Of a DNA stretch of 64,000 nt, positions 12,901 through 22,932 are shown in pieces. The stretch covers positions 19,716,001 through 19,780,000 of the forward strand of contig NC_045717.1 in assembly GCF_009834535.1 (NCBI RefSeq), in the 5' to 3' direction. The number at the start of each line of letters is the position of its first letter. The stretch's first letter is position 1. The notes beneath the pieces were generated by a model. The model ran no database searches and had not been told where the DNA came from. It saw only the letters and a program-made list of their open reading frames with translations. Source of the stretch: Camelus ferus (taxonomy: Eukaryota). The translations under genes were made by a program, and so were the position numbers.

Positions 12901-13011
12901 CCCGCCCATGCCCAGTCGTTCCTGGCACAGCAGCGGCTGGCCACTAATGCTCGTCGAGGACCTCTGGGACGCCTAGCATCCCTGAACATGCGCCCCACTG
13001 ACAAGCACTGA
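3714..13011 (+). CDS. HOOK2: Protein Hook homolog 2 (dynein adaptor / microtubule tether), 22 coding exons, 717 aa
   Basis: Hand-spliced GT-AG exons: 3714-3758, 4268-4353, 4423-4495, 5452-5502, 5591-5723, 5818-5885, 6242-6304, 6622-6702, 6798-6958, 7043-7183, 8182-8383, 8677-8787, 8897-8984, 9331-9400, 10069-10206, 10293-10380, 10579-10613, 12079-12161, 12242-12345, 12533-12643, 12712-12783, 12862-13011. Total 2154 nt with an open frame, MSVDKAELCGSLLTW...EEKLLISAWYNMG...PTDKH*. Confidence 0.97.
4620..5330 (-). mobile_element. Ancient LINE-2 fragment(s), approximate bounds
   Basis: Purine-rich L2-type words such as gcaaatgcaaaggccctgag and gagagatgatgatggctagggtc in HOOK2 intron 3. Recognised by eye, not by RepeatMasker. 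Confidence 0.55.
7200..8100 (+). repeat. Degenerate C-rich minisatellite-like tract in HOOK2 intron 10
   Basis: CCCACAAT(G) at 7274, 7541, 7819, 7917 and 7936, plus many cccacag/cccatag/cccatcat variants. Strong C over G skew. Confidence 0.5.
10850..11750. mobile_element. AT-rich old interspersed repeats (L1ME-like plus an unclassified insert), approximate
   Basis: Abrupt AT-rich block in HOOK2 intron 17 with L1M-like phrases (aacaatgcaacagagtaaaaccttgtatatg...). Family assignment is uncertain. Confidence 0.4.
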
Positions 13012-13290
13012 TGGATCTCAGGATCCTGCCACCTGCCCAGCCAGTCAGGCCATAATCCACCCTGGATTCCCCTACTCACATAGGCCCCAGCATTATGCCT
13101 CAGACAGCTGCTTAAGAGCCTTGAGGTCATAACCTCTGCCCTTTGACCTCCCAGGTGGGACAAGAGTGCAGGATGGGGCGGGAGCCAGGATTGGGCCTAT
13201 TCTTTTTAGCAGTGTGATTCTTATTCTTGATTTTCTCCCTGGGATTTGTGAGCTGCCAGGGGAGAAAGTGATTTTATATTTGAGAAAAAT

Positions 13291-13296
13291 AATAAA
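13291..13296 (+). terminator. HOOK2: HOOK2 polyadenylation signal
   Basis: AATAAA about 280 nt after the stop codon, followed by a GT/T-containing downstream region. Confidence 0.75.
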
Positions 13297-13499
13297 GACT
13301 TTGGATCTGCCCCGGCTGGACTCTGGGCAGGAAGGGGAGGGAGAGAAGATGGGTGAGGTACTCAGACCACTGCTTTCAAGAGAGGCCTGGCTTTTGTTCT
13401 TACTAAAGTGTGAGTGACTGATAGCACCCAGTAGGAGGTTTGAATCATGTTTGTATCTGTGTAACCGTATATGTGCGTGGTGGGTTTTCAAGAAGTTTC

Positions 13500-14530
13500 A
13501 GACAAAGCTTCCCTACCTTAGGAAGCTGTCAATTCCATTGGAGGGAGACAGATAATAAGCAAAACAGATAAAATAAAAGTTTGATATGAGAAGTGCTAAA
13601 GAGCAAGAAAAAGCAGACAAAGTGATGGGGAGGCAGAAAGTGGGTTTAGGAGGTGGTGATTTTTAGTAAATGGCCGGGAAAGGAGGCCTCACCAAGGAAG
13701 TGATGTAATTTAAGCAGAGACTTGACGTAGGTGAGGGGGGTGGCATATATTTGGGGAAGTGTGGTCCAGGTAGCGGGAATGGCATGTGCAAAGGCCCTGA
13801 GGTGAGACCTTGCTCCGTGGGTTAGAGAGACAGTGAGAAGGCTAGTGTAGCCAGAGTGTAGTGAGTGAGAGGAAGAGTGGGAGCAATTTAGAGCAGGGAG
13901 ATTGTTCAGGGCCTTATGGGAGTGTGTGGAATACTTTAGCTTTTATTCGAAGTGAAGTGGGAGCTACAGAGGGTTCTAAGCAAAGCAGCAACTGATGCGA
14001 CCTGATTTAAGTGTTCATAGGCTCCCTTTGGCTTCCATGGGAGGAAGAGACTGTGGGGATGGTAGGGCCAGAGCTAAGAGACCAGAGTGTAGTTAATTAG
14101 TCGAGGTGGGTGGTTGGGTGATAGTGACAGTTTTGGCCTGGGTGGAGGCCCTGGAGTAATGGGAAATGGCTGGATTCTGGAAACAATTTGAAGACCAAGC
14201 TGATGGGATTTGGTACTGAGTTGATGTGGAAGGGGGATGAAAGAAAGAGAGGAGTTGAAGATGACTCCCAGGGTTTGGCCTCATCTGGAAGGACAAAGCT
14301 GACAGACAGGTTGGGACAGGTGGGGATCCAACAGGGAGCTGTTTTGGGGGCATGTTATGTTGGAGATGCCCGTGAGATCCTCACGTGGAGATGTTGAGCA
14401 GGCAGTTGGCTCTCTGGGTCTAGAGTCAGGGGAGGGGTCCTGGCTGGACTTCTAAATTCAGGAGTCATCAACATATGATTAATATAAGACCTAGAGCACT
14501 GAAGGGGTATCAGAGTGCAGGGATTTGGGG
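13500..14530 (-). mobile_element. LINE-2 fragment between the convergent HOOK2 and BEST2 3' ends
   Basis: Typical L2 words: gggagacagataataagcaaaac, gcatgtgcaaaggccctgaggtgag, ggagatgttgagcaggcagttgg. Confidence 0.6.
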
Positions 14531-14967
14531 CAGAGGGGTCACTTGCAGAAGCATAAATCAAGGCTGACAGGAAGAAGCTGTGGTCCTGGGACTGTAATTT
14601 GTACATTAATGAATGAGTAAAGCCAAGGGCCACCCCTACTTCAGATGGGGCCATTTCAGAGAGCAGAATTTGCAAAGAAGTGGGCAGGGCATTGTCAAAT
14701 AATCTGTAGGAATTCTCAAAGCTTACTTAGCGTAATGCCTGGTAAGAGTTGAATAAAAACCACTAACATTTTGCCCTTAGTGCAGTGCCTGGCTCAGAGG
14801 AGGCGCTCCAAGCCTCTGTGCCAAACCTAAAGGCGGGAGCGCAGGTAGCTGGCAGGTAAGAAGCAGGAAGGCAGAGTCCACAAGCAGCTTATGCAGACCC
14901 AAGCCGTTGCTTGCGGTCAGTGTCGGGGCTTGATTCCCTGTCCTTGGTGATCCAGGGTCCAAGGGTC

Positions 14968-17900
14968 TCAGGACAGACTCTCCTCTTCCTCACCAATGGG
15001 GCTGGGCAGCCAAGGTGGAGCCGGCCCCCGGGACCCGGGCATTGGCACAACGGTGAAGGGCTCGGCAGGTGGCCCGGGGGCGGGGGCGGGGGCAGGTGCG
15101 AGAGTGAGCAGCTCGGGGCCGGTGGAAGGCTCAGGCTCCGTCTCCCGCAGGCCTAAGTCGAGCAGCGGGTCCCCACAACCGCACTCCGGGGCCAAGCCGT
15201 CGGGGGCACCCGCGCACGCGCAGCTGGCGGTCGTAGACGTCTCCGACACGCAGCTGTTCTTGCGGCGCAGCAAGGACAGGCGCCGGCCCAGCAGGCCTCC
15301 TGGGGCCATGCCTGCGCCCACCGGCAGGAGGCGCTGCAGGAAGTCGCCGTGTGCTTCCACCAGCGGCGCGTCCACGCCGTCCGGCCGCTGGAACTGCATA
15401 TCCTCCTTGGCCAGCCTACGGGAGGGACAGTGGGTCAACTCTGCGGCCTCACCCCTCTTCATCAACAGAGCTGGGACCGAGGCACGCTGCTTTTCCTGGC
15501 TCTACCCACCCCTTTGTCCCACTTATCCCAAAAGACCTTGGCTCCTCACCCGAGAGCCTAGCCTTATCCTCTGTCTCTGGCTATGCTCAAACGCAAGCCT
15601 AAAAAGGCTCAGCTGTGGCTCTGCCGCGTGTCCTTTAGTATCACTTCTGGTCCAACCAATCTTCATACGCCGCAGCCCTTACCTCTGCTCTCAGTTAGTG
15701 GCCGGGTCCCAGACCTTAACCCGGGTCCCTGACCCCTGCCCTGTCTCAGTCCTCACAGACTTTAGCTCTTTGTCCCGAATCTCCAGGGTGTAGCTTTTAG
15801 CCTCGTCCTGGTCACCCACAGCCCTTTCAGTCAGGTACTCCCCACAGTCATAAGCCCCGCCCCCAAGAAGCCCCGCCCACCCACTGTCTCACGTGATGTC
15901 GAAGGTGGAGCCCTGGAAGGAGGGCTGCTGCATCAGGAAGGCGGTCGCGGCCGTGTAGGGGGCGCGAGCCTCAGCCGCGTCCCAGTACAGGTCCTTCTCC
16001 AGCATGACCAGGTCGTCGTACATCTCGTCCACAGCTAGCATTGACACCTGCGGGCGCGGACACGCCGGGAAGTCTGGAGCATGGAAAAACGCTGGCACCG
16101 CAGGATGGACCTCTCAGGATGGGTAGGAGTGTGGTGACCAAAGAAGGATGGTTCAGGAGCAAGGCCTGGGCTTGTCTCGGCAGCGGTGGAGCCAGGGCCG
16201 TTTTGGGACCCCACAAGTCTCACCTGGAAGTTGCGATCGATCAGAAAGTTGGTCTCAAAGTCATCGTCATCCTCTCCGAAGGGGTTGATGAGCTGCTCAG
16301 CTACCTGAGTGGAGAGGGGGGAGGTAGGCGGGGCCCTGAGAATCCCTCTCCGCCCCACCCCTGGAGTCCTGGCCTCGGAGCCCCACCCACCTTGAGCCAG
16401 CCGGCATAGAAAAAGAACTGCAGCAGGGTGAAGATGGGCACGAACAGGTCCAAGTCGTGGTCTTTGTAGCCCTGTGCTGGATCCAGGAACTGGCGACCAA
16501 TGAGGCAGGCCAGGAAGTAGCTGTACACAGCGATGGTCACCACCTGGGGGTAGGGCAGGGCAGAGTGCCCAGTCAGGGTTCTCTGGGTCTTAGGGGTCAT
16601 GGAGCGACCAGGGCTAGGATTGGGAGTCACTGTGATGGGGTCTTAGATGGCCCTCAGTTTTCTCTAGAGACAAACGCGCCAGGACCTCTCACATGCGATA
16701 TTAAAAGGCATGGCTGGGTTACCTGGGTGTAGACGAGAGGTACGCTAATCCAGTCGTAGTGAAAGAGCATCCCACACTTGCCGCGAAACACAGTCAGCTC
16801 CTGGTAGCATATACAGGTCATGAGGGGGCCTGAATTGTGAGCTCACACATGGGGATTATGTAGGGGTACCTGGGATGGAGGTGAGTGGTCACCTGGTGGG
16901 AAGTGGGCGTGTGCTTCTAGGAACTCCAGGGAGAGTGTTTAGTGGTGAGTGTACACCTGGGGTAGGGGACACTATGCACCCAGGAGCCACCCCATAGAGA
17001 TAAGTGTGCACCCGAGGGCAGCTAGATAAATGCTTGGAATCCGCCTTGTGGGAGGTTCACGGCAGTCCGCGATGTGACATAACTCCAAGATGGGAGGGGT
17101 ATATTTACCCTGGTATTTTATATGAATGACCACCTGGCGAGCCCACCTCCAGCAGCAGTTTAAGGGCGCCGTTGTCGCGGATGCGGCCCTCGCGCCGAGC
17201 CTGAGCTGCCAGATTGGAGAACCAGATGCAGGGCACCCAATACTTGTTGTAGGATGAGTTCAGGTTCTCGAACTTCTTGCGCTCTTCGCGGGTCATAAAT
17301 CCTGGAGCAGCGAGGTCGGGGGTTACTTGGCCTGCCCCCACCCCGTCCTTGCGCTCCTCCCCCTTCCCCTTTTGGCCAGAGCCTGACCTGCCTCCACTAC
17401 GTGGTCTATGGTGGGGAAGCGCTTGAAGACCGCGGTGCTGACCGAGCGCAGGATAAGCACAGCAGAGAGCCCTGCGTAGCGCATGAGCGTGCGTCTGTAG
17501 AGGCGGCCACGCTCGTCCCGCCCGTGCACTGTGCCGACCACCACGCACATGAGCGGGTCGGGCATGGGCATGCATAGGTACTGGTTCCACCAGCGGTGCA
17601 CCACCAGCGTCACGTAGAAGCCTGTGGGAGAACCAGAAAGCCGGGAATGGGGTGGGGGCTCATTTGGGACACTAGGGCCAGAGGTGTAGGGGCCCAGGTC
17701 AAGAGAAGAGGAATGACATAGGGTCAGAATCAGGGACACGGGGTATGCTGGACACCCTGGGGGTCCAGCCCTGAGGTCAGAGGTTGATGCAAGCCGAGTC
17801 ACCCTGGCTACTTGGGTGTCACTTGGGATGGGAGACTGGGATCCTGGTATAGAGGTGGAGACCCAGGGTCCACAGGCAGGTTGTCACCAAGGCCACAGGG

Positions 17901-18838
17901 AGCCCTTGAGCCAGGGATGTGTGACGAGGTTGGGCACAGGGTATAAGTCAGAGAGCCTGGGGCAGGATGGTCACCCTATCCTTGTGGGCCCAGAATGGTG
18001 GGAGGAAGGCTGAGGTCACATGAAGTCACTGAGGACAGAGGACCAGGACTTGTCAGAGAAATGCCCCTCAGGCTGAACTTGAGAGGATGGAGTCATATGG
18101 GGTCTTGGAGGGGTCCCTGGGGATCAGGACATGTGAAGGGAAGCACTAGTAACCCCATGCAGACACAGATAGGAGTCCCTGAGGTGGCCAGGGATAAGCC
18201 TGTAGATAACATGGAGCTCTCATTGGGGCATCTCAGGGGACACACTGACCAAGTGACATCCAAGGTCTTGGGAATCAGGGCCATACCTGGCATAAAGGAT
18301 GCAGAATGGGGATTTGTGGGGACTGAATTTAAGAGGGGTCTCAGAAAGGAAGGAATGGGAACTCTCCAAAAGGCATGAATGACGGTGGGTTTCTCAGGAT
18401 CTGGGTAATGGGGAATTCAGGAGCGCGAACGCACCGAGCACAAAAGAGACAGGGATGAGACTGGCGTACTGATCGCAGTAAATGACGAGCTTCTCGAAGT
18501 AGCGCTTCTGCTCTTGGGTCAGCACGAAGCTGTGAGGGAGGGGTCGCGGGGTCACGGGCAAGCCCCGGTCCCCAGCTGCAGGTCTCTCTTCCCGCGCCTT
18601 CTCCCGGGGAGGCCTAGGGACCCTCCCCAGTACCGCCCCCCACCCCCATCCCTGGTGGGCACCTCTCCACCCGGGGGCTGCCTCACCGATAGGCGGCACT
18701 CAGCGCCATGTAGAGCCCGAGGAAACAGAGCAGCTCGCGCCACAGAAGTTTGTAGATGCTCCCGCGCCACAGCAGCAGCAGCTGCGAGAAGCCCCCGAAG
18801 CGCGCGTTCGCCACGCGGGCTGTGTACGTGACTGTCAT
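14968..18838 (-). CDS. BEST2: Bestrophin-2, Ca2+-activated anion channel, 9 coding exons, 516 aa
   Basis: Minus-strand exons 18838-18687, 18529-18435, 17621-17388, 17301-17147, 16800-16723, 16543-16391, 16304-16224, 16047-15893, 15415-14968 (1551 nt). Starts [33 protein letters not shown], contains the bestrophin RFP motif and [10 protein letters not shown] acidic cluster, and ends [10 protein letters not shown]. Confidence 0.97.
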
Positions 18839-20039
18839 CGCGACCCCGGGCCAGTCGAGCCAAAAGAGGGGGGACTGGACCGGACCTGGGCCTGTGCGCC
18901 GAGGGATGGGGGACCGGGAGGGGGCCGAGCTGGAGGCTGCGGGCGGGGGTGGAGAGCGCGGGGCCGACTCAAATCCGCGTCCCCTCCGGCGCCCGGCTAC
19001 CTCCTCATGCGCGCCCTTGCTCAGGTTCCCGTCTCCTCCCACCTGCTCAGTCCTGCCTTAGCCCCCATTCTCCTCCCCAGGGCCCTTCTCGCAAGCCACT
19101 CCCTTCCTTGGACTTTTGGTCCCAGCGTCTTGAGCAGACCTCCCCAGGCCCTCGCCGTCCATCCTCCACATCCAAGACCTTTAGGACCACCACGTTTACC
19201 TGAGTTGCCCTCTGTATGATCCCATACCCCTTACCACCTACAGCCTCCCCAGCTCCCTGAATTCCCAGCGCCTCAGTTTCTAGGTTCCTGGGGCTCCAAC
19301 TGACTTCCCACCCTAATTCCCCTCCCTTCAGTCCCGCTTCTGCCTTCCCTCCGCCCACTCCCCTTACCCAGTCCCTGCCCATTCCCCACCATGCACTTCC
19401 TTTTGAAGCCCTCCAAACCCCAGTCCCTGTCCCCAGGTCTCCTACAGCCTCAGGCTGGGTCCCTCTCCTGCACGGCTGCCCCAGCCTATCTCCCTCCCAC
19501 TTAACTGCCCAGGCTCTGCCCCGGCTCTGCCCCTTCCTTTTTGTCCTGGATCCACCTTGACCTTTCCCCTGTCCATTCCCCTCTAGCCTTCTAAGCCCTG
19601 CACACCCAACCCTGTGGACTCAGAGAGATTCTTGCCAGCAGGTCCACTTGTCCTCAGGGGTCCCTATTTCCCCAGGCCTGGGCTCTTCTCACCTGGTGGC
19701 TGGTGCAGGGACACTCAGGGACAGACAGGACGGGCAGGTGGCTTCAGTGTTGGGTGGGGCTGAAGCCAGATTCTGTGAGGGAGGGGGCCGGGTAGTGGGC
19801 GTGGGTGGCCCCTCCCTGGCCCTCCCCCCTCAGCTGCAGCCTCAGAATTTTGTTTGAAGAAGTCTCATCAGTTTGTTACCTGGGGGGATGGGGGTGGGGA
19901 ATTCACCCTGTTCTCCCTTGCTCCTCCCTGTCCTTCTCAGTCAGTCACTGGCCGATCTAAGAAATCCTGGACAGGAGCTGGGGGAGGGGGCAGGAACCCT
20001 CTTCTTACTAGCCCGACATACACACACACTGCTCAGTGG

Positions 20040-20125
20040 GTCACTCGTACTCACAGAGGTGCACACAGAAACACACACCATAGTCACCCGTACTCACAGA
20101 GATGCACACAGAAACACATACCATA
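20040..20125. repeat. 43-bp tandem duplication (2 copies, 3 mismatches)
   Basis: gtcactcgtactcacagaggtgcacacagaaacacacaccata (20040-20082) followed by gtcacccgtactcacagagatgcacacagaaacacataccata (20083-20125). Confidence 0.9.
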
Positions 20126-21479
20126 GACCCAGACACAAATTCAGCTTTCCTCAACAGCCTCCTACAACCATGGGACCCAGCAAGCAGTGCACACTGTCAC
20201 GAAGACTTCCGGAGTGACACAAGAAGCTCTTAGCCCTACTGCACCCCCCAACCAATATGCAGATATAAGGCAGATGGACCCTAACCCACCAGGCTTTCAG
20301 CTCTCAGGCACCCACACAGTGCTCCAGCCATCCAGGAGGAATACAGTGGCAGGGACCCAGGAGCCCTGAATTCCTTCATGATCATACTATGTAACAAAGA
20401 CACACTCAAGGCTACACAACCAGCCAAGTACAGACCCCACCCCGACCCCAGAACGCCTTCACACAGGCAGCCACACACAGTCACGCAGAGAGGGGTAGCA
20501 CACATTTATTTCCAATCTTCCCTGCACAAAAATGCACCTGTAGTCATACACCAGATGCAGGAGTACCTGCCCTCAACACAGCAGCATACAATCCTGGTGT
20601 CAGAGCCAGGTCCTGGTGGTCCCTTAGATTTGCCAATGTTGCAAAGACACATTCATACAACATCCACCCCTCCCCAAAGTCCCACAGACCCAGAGGGTCA
20701 CATTCAGATGGAGTCATGCCATCACCCCTCAGGAAACTCACCTGCATTTATTTGCACATCAGTACGTAAGACACACCCTTCCCAAAGCCCCCTAACTGCA
20801 GCTCGCAGGCAACCCCCACCCCAGGTCTCAGACTCTTTCATCACTGTCATGAACAGGCAGGCTTAGGGACACAAACCTTGTCCCCACATTTGGCATGGAT
20901 ACAGGACAGATGTTCTCCCTTCACAGACACACCTACAAAGGTGGCACTCTAGCCTGGCACAAGCTGTCCTCCGTCCTCAACTTTGAATGCATAGCCCCGT
21001 GTGGCAAGGGGTGGAGGCTCAGGGTTCCAGCCCCAAGAGGGATGTCCTGGGGTGCCCCTGAACCTCTCAAGTCCACCCCAGCACCAGGAGTGCACATGGC
21101 TCTGCTCGACCCCACCCCAAGGTCCGGCCAGCCAGGACGCTGTGTTCCTAACGTGGCAGGTGTCTGCCCTGCCTGGGGTAATTAGGAACCAGCCCAGGCT
21201 GGCCGTCCTCAGACCCATGTCTCCGCTGTCCAGCTGCCGGACAGCCTATAAAAGGTGAAGGGTGTTGCTCCTAGCTACGGGAACTGGGGAGAGGACAGGC
21301 TTCAAGTTGATGGGCTCCATACCTGACCAGAGGCCCCTATTCCCTTGGATGTAGCCTCATGCACTGCAGCCAGCCCTCCCCTCCACCCCCATGCCCATCT
21401 CCCCTCCCCCAGCTCACAGTGTCCCCACACACTTCTGACGGCTGGACCCCTGCTGGGGCGGGGGCCGGTTGCCCGGGCT

Positions 21480-21720
21480 AGTTCACATGCTTAATAATTG
21501 TACCAGTGAATAATAACAAACACTCCTTGGCAGGTACGTGCCTGGGGCTGTTGTAAAGGCGTTACCTACTTCATCTCATCCAGTCCTTTACAAGCAGGAC
21601 TGTGAGGTCCCTGCTCGTGTTATTCCACCATAGAGGTAGGGAAACTGAGGCTCAGATGACACACAGCCCATTCATGGCATAGCTGGGATTTGAACCCAGG
21701 AAGTTTGCCTTGGAGCCCGC
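21480..21720. mobile_element. MIR SINE remnant
   Basis: Contains the MIR core gggaaactgaggctcaga and the end gctgggatttgaacccagg. Confidence 0.7.
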
Positions 21721-22741
21721 GGTCCTAACATGGGCCACACTGCCATGTGTTTACAAGCACCACCCCGACGTGGACGTGCCCACACCGGCTTATGTACACC
21801 CAGTGGAGTGGGGGACACGTCTAGGCTTGTGACTGGGTTCCCCTCATACGCACACCCTGGCACGCCCAGACCCTGGGTGTGCACTGTCTGAACACCACTT
21901 CCTGACTCATGCGTGTCCTCAGGTCTCCCCTTTCAACCCCCACCCCCATCCAGCTCTGGCTTGGAACTTGCAAATCCCCAAGGTCATGCCAGTCCTGGGT
22001 CTCTCAAGTCGGGATGACAATGACTGTCCAGGAACTGGCAGAGCGAGGAGTGCAGGGGAGGTGGGTGGGAATGCTAGGTGTCTTTCAGGCTGGGTTGCTA
22101 ACCCTTCCAGGGTCAGGTGAATTTGTGCTGTGGCTCTCTGAATGGCCACACTTAGCTCTCCATTTCAGGAATAAAGAGACTGAAGCTCAGACATGCTGCA
22201 GGCCACTCAGAGATGGCTCTGGGGTCAGGACAGGACTTCAGGGCCCCTCCAGCCTGAGTCTTTTGTCATCCTGCCCTCTAATCAGCTCTCCTGTTGCAGC
22301 CCTGTGCTGGGAGGGGCTGATGCCATTCCATGGAACAGGAATGGAGGCGTGGAAACTGTTAATCCCCAGTCTGGCAGGCCCAGGCTCTGCCCAGGGTGCC
22401 CACTAATTCCCAAATCAAACAGCAGGCAGTGCTGGGCCCACTGCCGGCCTAATCCGCTCCCCACCAGCCTGGGGCTGGCCAAGGGGCCTCCCAGTTCCCA
22501 CGCTCTGAGCTTTGAAAGAAGTGGGCTGATGCCCCTCTCTTCTACTCTGGGCTTTACAGCCCCAAAGGACACCCCTACCCATACAGAGCTAGGAAAAGGC
22601 ACCCCTCAACCGAAGAACCCTCCTTCCAAAATGCCTCTCTGGGTGTGACATCTTTGTGCAGTGTACAACCTGTGCGTCTGTACTTGGAGGTGCTAAGCCC
22701 CAGCCCCCTCTGTATCAACATCCACAGTAGTTTAAGATCAT

Positions 22742-22747
22742 TTTATT
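22742..22747 (-). terminator. GET3: GET3 polyadenylation signal
   Basis: TTTATT on + (AATAAA on -), about 185 nt beyond the TAG stop at 22933. Confidence 0.85.
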
Positions 22748-22932
22748 GAGAAGGGAGAGGCGGGGAGAGGTGGGGGGGAGCTCCCCCAGCCCCACCAGGG
22801 GGAAAAGACCCCCTCCCCGCCTCCCACCCCCCAAGTGGCTCCCCCTGTACTACGGGGGAACTCTGTGCAAACTCTGCCCCGGGAGGGTAAAGGGTGGGTG
22901 TGAATTGGCAGCGGCTGGGGCTGGTGTTGGTG

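Noticed and set aside
14996-15793. 265-aa + strand ORF antisense to the last BEST2 exon
   Set aside because: Typical stop-poor shadow frame opposite a GC-rich coding exon.
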